Notes under the pieces: model-generated
The model's input: the letters and a program-made list of their open reading frames with translations, nothing else
Told to the model about the DNA's origin: nothing
Databases searched by the model: none
In this document: piece after piece, positions 59,701 through 64,000 of the stretch
Layout: the number at the start of each line of letters is the position of its first letter
How positions within the stretch are numbered: position 1 is the stretch's first letter
Program-made: the position numbers and the translations under genes
NCBI GenBank assembly: GCA_048128005.1
Contig: JBEUKZ010000024.1
Span: forward strand, 1 to 64,000
Direction of reading: 5' to 3'
Source of the DNA: Veleropilina oligotropha
Lineage: Eukaryota
DNA: 64,000 nt

Positions 59701-60569
59701 CTCGGAGATGCCACCCCCAGGTACTGTAGTTAACAAATTGTGTCACGTGTCAATGTTCATGGGGTCCTCCATTCACAGCAATGCAATAAAGTTTCTAGGT
59801 TTCTTTACTAGTGGATACGGGCGCGGACTCTGATTTCATTCGCCTGACTGCTCTGCCTAACAGGATTGGGTTCGAATCCTGGCAGGGCACTTTGTTCAGA
59901 TAACAGTATCAGTTGTCCATAAATGGAATTTGAGTGGGAATATTAATTTTATTATCACTTTCCTCCAGTGATAATAATAATATGGATATGGCCTGGTATG
60001 AACCTGAAGGCCGTTAAAACAGGACATTAAGCATTAATCCAAATCAAACTCACCAGTGGAATATCCTGCTTCAGACGCTTTAATGAATTTGCAAGAGCCA
60101 TAGTTTCATTACTCCAATAACCTCCGACGAATCCCAGAGTTGGTACAAAATTTGGCAAATTTGGAGCTTTAGCAACGATGAACGAAGGGTCCAAAACTCC
60201 TTTAATGATTTCCTCTGTTATTTCCGAGGACTGGCACATGTCAAATACAGCTATGCCAAGAGAAATGCCAGGAAGTAGCGATGCCATTTTGTTAATTTTA
60301 TGAACAGCCCACAAGCCTCCTAACATCATTTCAAATCCATGTTTGCTAAGGGTTTCGCATTTACCAGATCCCGTGGCTGTTGTATGCACCGAGGTTACCA
60401 GATACACCATAACCGCTCCAGGCTTGTAGTAATAGTTGGTCTCCAAAATATACCCAGACTGCACTGGGCATTCAGGGCAGGTTGTCTGTAGTGCATTCGC
60501 ATTTTCGTACAAAGTCGGAAATTGAATTGGCTTCTCCAAAACCATCTTCCCATCGCTCCATTTTCCAAC
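32640..60569 (-). CDS. Second class C GPCR (5' end outside the window), at least two VFT domains and a 7TM
   Basis: Manual splicing keeps frame: complement join(60569-60054,57714-57258,56211-55733,54373-53953,36549-36279,35519-35140,32713-32640). LLPGISLG..FDMC, VFRTVDS, C..RRFALGMAYTICMASLLLK; ends ESYI*. Confidence 0.85.
33685..35016 (+). mobile_element. Internally deleted Crypton-like (tyrosine recombinase) DNA transposon relic
   Basis: Remnants RFVSVTDTDVEDIVIAQANINTKNKT and LTNHSSRK...ISAHRNIQSVNN* (HxxR...H...Y, with Tyr replaced by a stop); long terminal palindrome 34872-35005; boundaries approximate. Confidence 0.6.
35140..35519 (-). CDS. GPCR-2 exon (TM5-TM7, start of tail)
   Basis: LTYPALLMMNAFILA, three hydrophobic helices, NFGTK; AG/GT boundaries. 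Confidence 0.85.
36279..36549 (-). CDS. GPCR-2 exon (TM3-TM4, ECL2)
   Basis: GMAYTICMASLLLK continues the FALG exon lying across the provirus-containing intron. Confidence 0.85.
37180..37323 (+). repeat. Left terminal inverted repeat
   Basis: AGCAGCAGGGGGGGTGATTGGACTTTTTAGAATGGG...; one mismatch seen against the right TIR. Confidence 0.95.
37775..37960 (-). CDS. Small viral ORF or exon, paralogous to the 38064-38351 ORF
   Basis: Shares RLELA..KNR.D..YQNM.KTK with its neighbour; contains donor-like CAG|GTAAG at 37810. Confidence 0.4.
   Translation of the reverse strand: MADDQGIGLKKSVLTTWLQVQRLELAIAKNRRDTKYQNMIKTKEESELSTGKRFNLHLLLL
38064..38351 (-). CDS. Small basic, probably coiled-coil viral protein (95 aa)
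   Basis: ATG-initiated ORF with TATATAAG about 30-38 nt upstream. Confidence 0.55.
   Translation of the reverse strand: MDSITRKLPNLTMDQQRGFVENFLHEEAADNQVSKNTTRLELARTKNRKDNIYQNMKKTKWRMKKMLEKLRELEIAHDAAAADVRRLQNLLKDDE
38380..38600 (-). promoter_or_regulatory. Candidate viral promoter: TATA box and four imperfect repeats with TTCTAGA(A) and CCACGT motifs
   Basis: TATATAAG on the - strand near 38382-38389; repeated units CTGT..TTCTAGA..CCAC..ACTT..TGACGA. Confidence 0.45.
39186..39617 (-). CDS. Secreted cysteine-rich protein, possible cystine-knot fold (143 aa)
   Basis: Signal peptide MLLCIAAVCWLGGVSTQA, 8 Cys in the C-terminal half ending CNC; ATTAAA just downstream. Confidence 0.6.
   Translation of the reverse strand: MKSMKSMLLCIAAVCWLGGVSTQASTHNTALILEHTWTRYRNHPRYNARFDPLRRNLLLRPGRDPTPDVSPPSCHYFIIGENDCSPATPRDTVTCVQCSTPSLCPGKNGEYYTMLSGCFGVWRKVGQISPCNCTLISGNYIFI
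39700..40335 (-). CDS. Viral protein with a hydrophobic hairpin and coiled coil
   Basis: Likely start MMDNKP at 40335 overlapping the upstream stop; hydrophobic stretch GLVVATLGM...LAALGCGLA. Confidence 0.7.
   Translation of the reverse strand: MMDNKPSAPTLYPQLGGDVPSELHEAQSFRLQKVNELQGQLERERDARAALYKKYRRGVNVVDGIDNGLVVATLGMGNAGIGLLSTIVAAPVVLVLELAALGCGLASMGGKYISRRLGVKAKKHDEIRVLADSKLNTITDHVSKALSDGVMSDDEFQLVTGEMLKYQAMKASIRDKSRKAHTAISQTQSELIERGRLEGRAELLKKIGAGD
40332..40679 (-). CDS. Hypothetical viral protein (115 aa)
   Basis: Exactly fills the gap, with ATGA overlaps to both neighbours. Confidence 0.55.
   Translation of the reverse strand: MSSIYGTLLADEPSSPTRWHFVLNCGVAPNKGLARREFMFPNTRGRFGLNPALLMIHLTPVQPAGGPKACSISKLSLDSDKLTLAFVIKAPWVGTLYLNVTVDILNKQAEQYSHV
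40676..41416 (-). CDS. Minor capsid protein (penton, single jelly-roll-like)
   Basis: PGFYSFDDL and ITELKVYITDSDGKPLDNHG resemble Polinton minor-capsid motifs. Confidence 0.7.
   Translation of the reverse strand: MFHTLTNVQEGTAVALLEPIDNRDGKLCVSLQSLDYWVGWHNVHAGAFFKTPDTTVDVAPGFYSFDDLAKTMKRSLVNLQLDVSHATGLARIVVPEGTRLAISDDIRKLLGLDLSSFILDKAGNLNQPVRGVQGQPPPPPERSEWLRPGTYDGNKPVGFAIAPTLHVHLEQLSTTHNVKDGAPSTILAVVPITSQMFGEAGHYHSYPAGRRLQAGLITELKVYITDSDGKPLDNHGMPISAVLAIQ
41424..42707 (+). CDS. Viral protein of unknown function with C-terminal membrane anchor (427 aa)
   Basis: Long intact ORF ending TALIVGGIVVGLAFIWLT*. Confidence 0.75.
   Translation: MAKSAFAFNRSAAYPTGVVYPAKIKDEQLTRPSINVGNSSTTTFGATYPDVFQKYRLPHVASDGLIRDWNSTPMRFWQNKVNFAVWCATTGSGISSEDHLNATDPLSTAVFTFHVYYQVRRILSEIQAPLPQDRTWDAFDNPYDRRAYEKICSEFGVSPHTDWRVKGPNGGLGTAYSYWTNNGYHPIGRDYDPSRMSFTKGTTNTNLHVDYIAQAPALKNGWATFILDRSVGFTRAGVERLNDSIRTYVWAILGAQAQTRASILGSGTAFDAQKQFLANVEDAIASPVDLPAAIKRYQEVLQYARSKVDFVFGVGLYMAPSNMLLRIGQVAGYNNEIVVATEDQTLGLNTTVNAANPVPHNATGDTGETGLVIPQDSDASIPVVTPKHPSSLPAVASVAAVPAAHDEEKTALIVGGIVVGLAFIWLT
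42700..44013 (-). CDS. Coiled-coil protein with hydrophobic/amphipathic C-terminus, putative membrane-active virion protein (437 aa)
   Basis: Acidic N-terminus, long heptad region, GVTIATILTAIGLAISTLVLAL, Pro hinge, Trp-spaced amphipathic helices. Confidence 0.75.
   Translation of the reverse strand: MAEFENPAFEPDDLIDNDDTIIDDTDVDLSTDRFMPVLSERPQEGTSSLQQELVQGVVDDYYKALAQEGQTPATGRDYSKFKYVRGKLGRGGKLVMTDYPDINLINSRTGNPLALSTIAGRPGGGDAIREGLGFVHWTRGGQKPSSKAVAALQTADNELSGAAANVENVELRDLGQTATDASVAIHTMETKFTDTEVEEILGTMGDPPLNLRELRGLDKAMQTIRGELTNNLAKLTALDEHIELEKMKLDQADEEGGVDEFIRRRIAERLRDLNDERAARLEAASSSREALRSQISRIREMISRILNTDTTLAERIRTLFREQGVTIATILTAIGLAISTLVLALTGGATSPPTPPPPPSGQGGVKEWVKKQLKTLGRILGKLAGKAAAALPGILGSLVSWLINLIGKTASWLAENLWALVISVGGLLLIAARQWVT
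44050..45351 (+). CDS. Major capsid protein (double jelly-roll, putative)
   Basis: About 433 aa, beta-rich pattern, FRIPLDFELL and LEYELTFND, immediately upstream of the packaging ATPase. Confidence 0.7.
   Translation: MTSVYGRKLNPYRRLREPLAVKGIRQSVTITNNPSTIAPNQQLLVRFPNLGANDVIVPGTAHLAFTISLTSVNANRTVVQNIGRAVIRKTTIKISGNEIMSIDDSDVYHCYCDLWKTTGERKNAQYQGIDTSDGHNTTKHRVGAADAFRLSEDVAVAAAYGNRFRIPLDFELLESHMPFYQSALGDRLEYELTFNDYSRTIRETDDSGSSYSIDNISLEYDMVTQSELARRIRNQYQGQLVILYDRVLRHRKLTLDKSDSLWNMNVNVPARSMKGILLLFEDPARDAAPFSRDTEAFYNPKITKVEVTIEGVPNQIYSQGMRTYQIWEEAKKMFASGCSKRHPEVAMVAKDLEMADVTLGEFLTKKFALWIDMRVTDDDQLHGSGRRVENASEGITIQITKTAEAAGPLNVYEFVIMDAQLNIENGRFVEALY
45323..45955 (+). CDS. FtsK/HerA-family (A32-like) DNA packaging ATPase
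   Basis: Walker A GQTGCGKT, Walker B LYIIDD, GRH...VVTQ motif. Confidence 0.9.
   Translation: MADSSKHCTKRFPHTKDPHSAIICGQTGCGKTVFMLELLEGEYRGVFRHIVILCPTIKYNKAYQSCPWIWTDPEVYLVPPGERLHDWLRGFYRLFQGESTLYIIDDCAASKAMAKRRDMLTLLAFSGRHASQSVWVVTQKYNSVLKELREQTRWVALFHCKDRDSFEDCLRENDVIPSQDERTEVRRLLAETRHAKLLLKTDQPVAYSVL
45987..46706 (+). CDS. Hypothetical viral protein with N-terminal hydrophobic segment
   Basis: First ATG at 45987 (MSDAVYLAF...LILLLLATLWYW); intact ORF. Confidence 0.65.
   Translation: MSDAVYLAFACSQSLILLLLATLWYWIYSYIRPVRRCWKRLRMDSLIDQLMDDEQEMTVAGPPRSMPEDPKTGVAEKRERLAALAIGGRAGKYLGGSNLTVDRIDAMTDEEVEKHYARYEVRLGAEMTKTLGTAAINLYAGAAGMLLPIPPQNQLRLIADLEADPFISHALCTASCELYYKYGMYLAPLTAALTTAKHCQFGHVCPPKIPDQDDNAGSGPSDRETADREPADREGDFFD
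46624..47115 (+). CDS. Basic viral protein with one TM segment
   Basis: KKDPKKVAAGRAGAAARKAK basic motif and VAVAAGTVALVFVVW. Confidence 0.65.
   Translation: MTTPEVDQVIEKQPIESQPIERVTSSTDSSVSKKDPKKVAAGRAGAAARKAKQEKLLAAVRKMKEDLSAPTSVVVPSEQPGEAVPAAERPRAPDTRKSDPFNWTQVAVAAGTVALVFVVWKTSSERSNPGPSTPHQQPPDADARCSRAAPTIELKKQNPFHMQ
47152..47391 (+). CDS. Small hydrophobic viral protein (79 aa)
   Basis: ATG-initiated, two hydrophobic helices, within a co-oriented gene run. Confidence 0.65.
   Translation: MTTPITDGKMLGNAVYHAAIVSGLAIGYARLTKMVFKGASPKLDFTGYDVGMVVLDVSLAMATKDMLIKQGIIPADILK
47423..47851 (+). CDS. Viral protein with N- and C-terminal hydrophobic segments
   Basis: MASIAMLVGGALVNALAF...ITFIILGMAATGLVAYKLA*. 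Confidence 0.7.
   Translation: MASIAMLVGGALVNALAFSGSNFLFSKLRSSGVDAERKRHDIAVEQLNAAQTKWSQQRAERLDWLNVELRRQGHAVGTFRDVDAAIREYALITGKNLDPDLGGGPEPALSDYYTPSDAQKGREITFIILGMAATGLVAYKLA
47893..48114 (+). CDS. Hypothetical small viral protein
   Basis: Fills the gap before the integrase; its stop overlaps the integrase start by 8 nt. Confidence 0.4.
   Translation: MGLPEELYCAMLAVGYSTTLLDCWRRDEKTMVRFAVLVLSGPTNLRATTAQRPAPEAEACWRLISLLEYIADG
48107..49105 (+). CDS. Retroviral-like (rve, DDE) integrase
   Basis: HQADL, VVDVASRF, QVDPGREF, GIVERFNRTL; D-D-E triad intact. Confidence 0.95.
   Translation: MDSKLARMYYSPKGYWKGIAAIKKLADAAKASEVEARTWLKRQAIWQIYLPAPRRIPRPRFDVTTPNEVHQADLLFLPHDKVRHKTYKYALTVVDVASRFKEAEPLVTKEAKGVAEALARIYRRSPLGWPKLLQVDPGREFMGAVSQLLAKNNVEVRRGRVDIHRDQGIVERFNRTLAERLFGHQYATEMRFAESAKEGQRSTEWVARLAAVVAALNGEVTRLTGKKPKDAIKAPRVAQKPGATVPGRQGKEQKLPSDVDVRYLYYDGELEGGHRRATDPVWSLKVYRLGRSVTKPDEPVLYYLLDGPPRGFVREELLVVPRDTQLPPVLRR
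49095..52967 (-). CDS. Multidomain replicase: HeH/Rho-N-like, OTU-like, divergent protein-primed PolB, SF1 (Pif1/RecD-like) helicase, HNH nuclease (1290 aa)
   Basis: IDMKSCYP, IIGKF, ATDSI (PolB motifs A/B/C); GGGGCGKTT, IIWDE, GDQGQPPP, YALTIHSSQGLT, YLAVSR (SF1); CAAC...SVDRVDNSRGHTRDNVRLTCLECN (HNH). Confidence 0.88.
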   Translation of the reverse strand: MIWRSVYPPSNMDDLRNLAKDYGIPARSKLKKHDLVRAIARVRAAEFRSRLERAMKTGRFPSIRGDVENPHKRGRRARELRQIKDEVDAALQARKYESQAEKNPRIRLKPLRAITDRIVKRSRKETLAHAIARKGPDLLISKTPRTAQDYQKDLLGQFTTPEGQRFIDLDDQVPPPVRLPAKEPWVELLSDAKDEFEVDGAAAAFSTWRVEVAGRLALDARMTDARAAQLLTALPKGEYVLRIKFLREWGEGDWVVEDKFDPVKAARKKGQGVFEISQDTKPGAITGVDKVYYENAYPVTAVVYGVYPLREPNPANLVPMKNGDLNCVAQRVVEHFEGALRGHGLTPTRRQKILEWEERVHVTGATVDDIATLEKILKRAIILRDIAGEDIYSSGKYQGWHRPVELICHNGHAWSKDLHFPQSREVHLYEGDVWEAIRQATQNEPLAVWLLGGKDRQLGVDQFVLQDGRTYRTKETHEILQEACTALGNESLADRAFGVNHAASIMAKETNGWKPTPAALLDDIQKACVEHGHGGLWNSMNYDTGDVCCIDMKSCYPASFLGKGEAKPYFERFGHPTHSMTRVAINGPLPEDIGTGFAEVVEWEFAQDIHPVIVAWFGKHFAENGWAPTPLLAFLIDSGLLKSLKIREAIIAFKKQTDVWLPPDRDQGCSIIGKFTQGAKADGKRLTRRLVTDQGELDFLVRDTRQSGTLVGAPQRCPMGHILTYYDGSQPQYAHLRASMLAYAHINLLSMLKRFSAAEAVRVATDSIYLKKASLEKLDDVTVYVAPRLCGCGEKSCISCLIAEPYLPPVAPAQWRDKGEQLYMPQEHAAYLPKPEYCCAANSSQPSTAPCYNDTLTHHRLSYLNGGGGCGKTTRAIELFRARNPVVFTPTHRLAKEMRTRGVKAQTYHSFFRWSGQNDWTPDRMGQKFIPRVIIWDEVCTVPRHILEMFLDWLGRHEVQVICCGDQGQPPPITGEMPHDWLRKTADYYEEIEVDYRAKDDPALQALKRRIRLQPDKVQCDEMRRTLPSCLGWDRFVNTWKPGDLILTSRQKVRERAQELLLQRHKEHFPDSYVPILYHPRDSRKQNIMVTIPGTSDREELVLNDVVEVTIEAAERAILTPDWRLGYALTIHSSQGLTIHDPQKVWIIDDYLQWSNLAYLAVSRVELLRQLERVTCPPDEGSEDRPPQAPQTEQQLRKTIQKKLVAYKRQDQATGLPGFNLKVDDILRLREAQNNRCAACNIELLWAYSPKDTQQFSVDRVDNSRGHTRDNVRLTCLECNRKRGFAVVNA
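52983..53258 (-). CDS. Small Cys/His-rich (zinc-finger-like) viral protein
   Basis: C-x10-C-x3-C-x4-C-x2-H followed by CxxC...CxxC; lies directly upstream of the replicase. Confidence 0.6.
   Translation of the reverse strand: MWGTDTCQWLTISSTELCGKRCLNTYCKVHLARLRRNGWGTKPCIKCGKGVFNRFTLCRGCGYQNEDVKDWQRKKRAFQREFRRMAAIYHT
53407..53595 (+). CDS. Hypothetical small viral ORF
   Basis: ATG in CAACATGC context, 62 codons, next to the right TIR. Confidence 0.3.
   Translation: MPQEDIPTLYSERSFRRVKNLLNRGYNVLIVVLDNGEQAIYKKKTKDGRKGVARNQTLAGPQ
53729..53872 (-). repeat. Right terminal inverted repeat
   Basis: Reverse complement of 37180-37323, ending CCCCCCCTGCTGCT. Confidence 0.95.
53953..54373 (-). CDS. 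GPCR-2 exon (VFT end, Cys linker, TM1-TM3)
   Basis: VGEYSNKALYL...SECQGRCGRC...TM1, TM2, CCIFRRFALG. Confidence 0.88.
54467..54520. mobile_element. Tiny TTAA-flanked TIR remnant (piggyBac-like)
   Basis: TTAA-CTCTTTCACTG...CAGTGAAAGGG-TTAA. Confidence 0.4.
54951..55503. mobile_element. Degenerate Harbinger-like MITE
   Basis: TAGGCTTTGTTCACACAGAGT versus AAACTCGGTGGAAACACGGCCTA, an imperfect TIR pair. Confidence 0.35.
55733..56211 (-). CDS. GPCR-2 exon (VFT)
   Basis: PYFEEFWEGYFHC, TIDAVFAYGHAL. Confidence 0.9.
57258..57714 (-). CDS. GPCR-2 exon (VFT)
   Basis: YSNVFRTVDS, LGWTEI, ICV, AKGVILFA. Confidence 0.9.
58241..59140. repeat. Tandem array of about 3.6 x 250-251 bp units from a Helentron/HINE-like end
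   Basis: Units start at 58241, 58491, 58742, 58993; hairpin CCAAGCGGGG..CCCCGCTTGG and TCCGTCCG; a solo head at about 57745. Confidence 0.9.
60054..60569 (-). CDS. GPCR-2 exon (end of an upstream VFT, Cys linker, start of next VFT)
   Basis: VGKWSDGKMVL...TTCPECP...YKPGAVMV...LLPGISLGIAVFDMC. Confidence 0.88.
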
Positions 60570-60872
60570 CTAAAAATAGGAGGATTAAGAGTAATCTATA
60601 ATAATATACTTACGTCCTTACTAATGCCATAATAAGCCTATTATCGCTAAATCCGGACAAGGTGGAAATGGTAATTTCGCACTTTTTAGTAAATTTAACC
60701 CAGATGACCCACTGACCTGCTCGACCTCCTCCAGTTCATGCCTATTTAGAGCTCGCCAACTCCCGCGAGATCCTCGTGACCCAAGGGTCAAGACCTCATC
60801 CGAAGTTTTAGCAAACCCCAAGGCAAAGAACTTATATAAGAGGGGAGGTGCGAAGCAGGGTGGGCCAAGTGG

Positions 60873-60963
60873 GTAAGGACGTAAGTATATTATTATAGAT
60901 ACAAGGGGATTACTCTTAATCCTCCTATCTATATCAAATATACTTACGTCCTTACTAATGCCA
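60873..60963 (-). repeat. DIRS internal complementary region (ICR)
   Basis: 60873-60928 is the reverse complement of terminus 60576-60621 (10-nt indel); 60937-60963 repeats 60603-60629. Confidence 0.8.
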
Positions 60964-61751
60964 AGAATAACTTTGGTTGGCGGAGTTATAAGTTCCATAC
61001 ACCAAAATTAAAACTTACTTGTTACCAGAAGACGACGCTTTAGCGTTGAGATCGAGTCCGTTCAGAGTAGATTTACTGAGCATCTAATCTACCCTTACCC
61101 CGAGATGAGATTTCGACCAAGAAATCTGGGAAAACACGCCAGGGATGTTAGTCGGACAGGTAACACGAAAGTGCATGTAGCCCCGGACACCGTGCGGAAG
61201 GTATACCTTGAGGCACTCGTGTCATGAGCAAAGACAGTGAACTGAATATTCCGGACTCAAAGGTCGGCAGACAGAAAACTGCAAGACGTGGTCTTTAGAA
61301 GCACCCGAACCTAGGCAGGTTGATAGTGTTATAAAACCGTGACAATTATCAATAGATTGAAGAAAATTTCAATAACTTCATCTTGAATAATAAATTTTTG
61401 CATGTCCAACTTGCAAAATGTCAACATGATACATGTTACTTAAATAATTTTAAGTAGAGAATAATATTAAAATTTTTTCAATGTACGCACATTGAAATGT
61501 TCTGCGACAGCAAGGAGAACATTTTTGAAATAATATTATTTACAAAAAACATTTTTAAGATTTCGTAATATAAATGTTTACATCCAATGTGGGCATTACT
61601 TCATATTAACTCAGTATGAATAGATAATTCCAATTTCTTAATAAGGTTAAGAAAGGAATAACATTGGAATAAATTCTAAGGGTGTTTACACTGTACACAA
61701 ATAGAATTACATTACATTACCTCAGTGACCTGGTACAATTGATTATACCAA

Positions 61752-63722
61752 TCACCGTAAGGATGACCTAGATCCACTAATACATTGTTGAGTTGCCGCC
61801 ACAAAGGAAATTCGATGTTCGCCATCAGCCGTAGTAGCGTAATCACGCAGGTAAAAGCGAACAAAGGTATTAGCACTCTTCCAGTAACCAGCCTTCAAGA
61901 TTGTATTGATATTCAAATTATATTTGAAAGCCAAGGATGTCACTAAAGCACGAGTCTCATGCGCGTGAATTGAGACGAGATCTCGTTCTGGATCATTGGA
62001 CCGACTGTAAATGTCCTTTACAACAGAAACAATCCAACGGGAAACAGTCGATTTGCGAATGTCGCGGTGAAATTGAGGCATATGGCTAACGAATAAACGT
62101 TTTTTACCATGCCGTAGGTCTCGGGTCCGATCCAGGTAGAATCTCAGCGCACGAACGGGGCAGTTCAGGCGGTCGATATCATCTCTATCCAGCATGGAGA
62201 GGTTACGGATACAAACCTCGGGACTGATATCTTCAGGTCTTTGTGTCTTCGCTAGGAAGCCAAGGACTGTATGCAGCGTCAACGACCCATCGGTGTGGAA
62301 GTGTATATCTCGAAGCTCTCCGGATAAAGCGTGTATCTCCGATGCCCTGTTACCGGTGGCGAGAGCGGTAAGAAATACGGTCTTATAAGTGAGATTTTTG
62401 AGGGAACATTCACTCATAGGCTCGTACGGGCATCTAAGTAAAGCATTGAGAATTAACATGACATTCCAAGCAGGCGGTCGCACCTGCTGAATGGGTCGTT
62501 CGAGTTGGTAGGAGCGTATAAAGTCCGATATTGTTTTGTCGGTAGACAAGCGGGTGTGCTCGCGGCATTGTCGTAACGTCGTTGCTACGCATGATCGGTA
62601 GCCTTTGACCGCGGAAATAGACATTCCACGTTCGAGCAACGATGACAAAAACTCGATAAATTTTGTCACAGGGGGGCGGAAAATATTGACCTGCCGCCCG
62701 CGACACCAATCCACAAATTTCTTCCATCGGTAGTCATATACCCTTGTTGTAGATTGCCTTCTAGATCGGTATATGCGCTGGGCTGTCGCTCTAGAAAAGC
62801 CTTTCTTAATGAGCGATCTCTCGATAGTCGCCAGGCGTGAAAGTGAAACTCGCTCGCCGACGGGTGTAGGACCCGACTGCGCGGTTGCGATAACAGGTCT
62901 GTCATCTGCGGTAGCGCTCGTGGCTGATCGATGAGTAGATCCAGAAGTGTCGGAAACCAGGACTGCGTGCGTTGTAGGGGTGCTATCAGCGTTAACTCGC
63001 AGTCTTCGCGGGTCGCTTTCCGTAGTACTTGTGCCAACATGCACGACGGTGGGAAGGCGTAGGCGATCAGATTCTCCCATCTCATTGACAGAGCGTCGAC
63101 CGCTATAGCGGCCGGGTCCGGGTAAGGAGACACATAGAGAGGGAGTCGGTGATTGAATTCGGTTGCGAATAGATCGACTTGAGGCGTCGACCACAGGCGA
63201 CAGACATCTTGGGCTACACGGGCGTGTAGCGTCCACTCTGTGTGTATTATCTGTGTTTTCCGAGAGAGCGTATCCGCTCTGACGTTCAGCTTCCCCGGGA
63301 TGTGTCTGGCTCGAATTGTCGAGTTGAGGGACATCACTAGGCGGTGTAGGTCGATCGCTCGGTCGCAAAGCGGACGGGAGCGGGTGCCGCCCTGGTGCTG
63401 AATGTAAGCGACGACAGTCGTGTTGTCCGTGGCGAGCAGTATGTGCTTGTTGCGGAGATGTGACGAGAGGGACTGTACTGACAGGTAGACGGCTTCTAAC
63501 TCTAGGAAGTTGATGTGTCGTCCCTGAAGGTCCGTAGGCCATAGGCCCGATGTCTCGTGACTGTCGAGGTGCCCTCCCCAGCCCTCGTTTGACGCGTCCG
63601 TGAAGAGGTAGGCGTTCGGTTCTGGGGGGGATATTGGAACCGACTGGCTCGGCAGGGTAGTGTTCAACCACACTGCTGTCGTGCGATTGAACCAATGCCG
63701 AAGATCGATGCGATCCGTCCAC
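61752..63722 (-). CDS. DIRS tyrosine recombinase ORF (true start probably internal)
   Basis: TGNRASEIHAL, FLAKT, CPVRAL..Y, HETR, GYWKS..TF..FY catalytic set. Confidence 0.9.
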   Translation of the reverse strand: MDGSHRSSALVQSHDSSVVEHYPAEPVGSNIPPRTERLPLHGRVKRGLGRAPRQSRDIGPMAYGPSGTTHQLPRVRSRLPVSTVPLVTSPQQAHTARHGQHDCRRLHSAPGRHPLPSALRPSDRPTPPSDVPQLDNSSQTHPGEAERQSGYALSENTDNTHRVDATRPCSPRCLSPVVDASSRSIRNRIQSPTPSLCVSLPGPGRYSGRRSVNEMGESDRLRLPTVVHVGTSTTESDPRRLRVNADSTPTTHAVLVSDTSGSTHRSATSATADDRPVIATAQSGPTPVGERVSLSRLATIERSLIKKGFSRATAQRIYRSRRQSTTRVYDYRWKKFVDWCRGRQVNIFRPPVTKFIEFLSSLLERGMSISAVKGYRSCVATTLRQCREHTRLSTDKTISDFIRSYQLERPIQQVRPPAWNVMLILNALLRCPYEPMSECSLKNLTYKTVFLTALATGNRASEIHALSGELRDIHFHTDGSLTLHTVLGFLAKTQRPEDISPEVCIRNLSMLDRDDIDRLNCPVRALRFYLDRTRDLRHGKKRLFVSHMPQFHRDIRKSTVSRWIVSVVKDIYSRSNDPERDLVSIHAHETRALVTSLAFKYNLNINTILKAGYWKSANTFVRFYLRDYATTADGEHRISFVAATQQCISGSRSSLR

Positions 63723-64000
63723 TGTCCCGTACGTTGTATCCAGCGGTCCTTGAAGGCCTGCTGCAACGGTCGTTTGTCCATGCGACCCGTCGGTAGCAGG
63801 GGAGCTACCGACTCGATGTGCCCTAGGACAGTGGCCAGTCGTCGCGCCGTAGTTATCCGTGAAGACTTCGTTTCCAGTATAACTGCGCGTAGGTTCGCTA
63901 TACGTTTCTGAGTCGGTTTCGCGGTGTACCGGACCGTGTCGAATTCGACCCCTAGAAATATAAACGTCGTCGAGGGCACGAAGCAGGATTTGTCGTTGTT
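62666..64000 (-). CDS. DIRS pol: RT C-terminus, RNase H and methyltransferase-like domain (5' truncated by the window)
   Basis: FLG, FTDASNEGWG, HINFLEL, TDNTT, HIPGKLNVRADTLSR, DLFAT...YAFPP. Confidence 0.92.
   Translation of the reverse strand, partial: NNDKSCFVPSTTFIFLGVEFDTVRYTAKPTQKRIANLRAVILETKSSRITTARRLATVLGHIESVAPLLPTGRMDKRPLQQAFKDRWIQRTGQWTDRIDLRHWFNRTTAVWLNTTLPSQSVPISPPEPNAYLFTDASNEGWGGHLDSHETSGLWPTDLQGRHINFLELEAVYLSVQSLSSHLRNKHILLATDNTTVVAYIQHQGGTRSRPLCDRAIDLHRLVMSLNSTIRARHIPGKLNVRADTLSRKTQIIHTEWTLHARVAQDVCRLWSTPQVDLFATEFNHRLPLYVSPYPDPAAIAVDALSMRWENLIAYAFPPSCMLAQVLRKATREDCELTLIAPLQRTQSWFPTLLDLLIDQPRALPQMTDLLSQPRSRVLHPSASEFHFHAWRLSRDRSLRKAFLERQPSAYTDLEGNLQQGYMTTDGRNLWIGVAGGRSIFSAPL

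Larger units (their letters stand above)
60576..64000 (-). mobile_element. DIRS1-like tyrosine-recombinase retrotransposon (3' part; continues beyond the window)
   Basis: Overlapping RT/RNase H/MT and YR ORFs, internal complementary region, right terminal repeat. Confidence 0.92.

Noticed and set aside
60621..60998. 125-aa ORF
   Set aside because: Spans the DIRS ICR and terminal repeat; no domain signal

Overview
AT-rich, intron-rich invertebrate genomic DNA; the repeat families suggest a lophotrochozoan such as a mollusc (inference). Four main components. (1) A + strand 12-coding-exon gene (7138-27557, about 2708 aa by manual splicing) encoding a class C GPCR with five tandem Venus-flytrap (VFT) domains before one 7TM domain. 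(2) A convergent - strand class C GPCR gene (3' part, 60569-32640) that also appears to have at least two VFTs. (3) An apparently intact 16.7-kb Polinton/Maverick-like endogenous DNA virus (37180-53872; 144-bp TIRs, ACCGG target-site duplication) inside an intron of gene 2. It encodes a rve integrase, a packaging ATPase, major and minor capsid proteins, about seven hydrophobic proteins and a secreted Cys-rich protein. Its 1290-aa replicase joins an OTU-like domain, a divergent protein-primed PolB core, an SF1 helicase and an HNH nuclease. (4) The 3' part of a DIRS1-like tyrosine-recombinase retrotransposon whose terminus abuts a splice acceptor of gene 2. The rest is MITEs, Helitron/Helentron-like elements, tRNA-derived SINEs and a Crypton-like relic. 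All domain calls are by-eye motif recognition; no database search was run.
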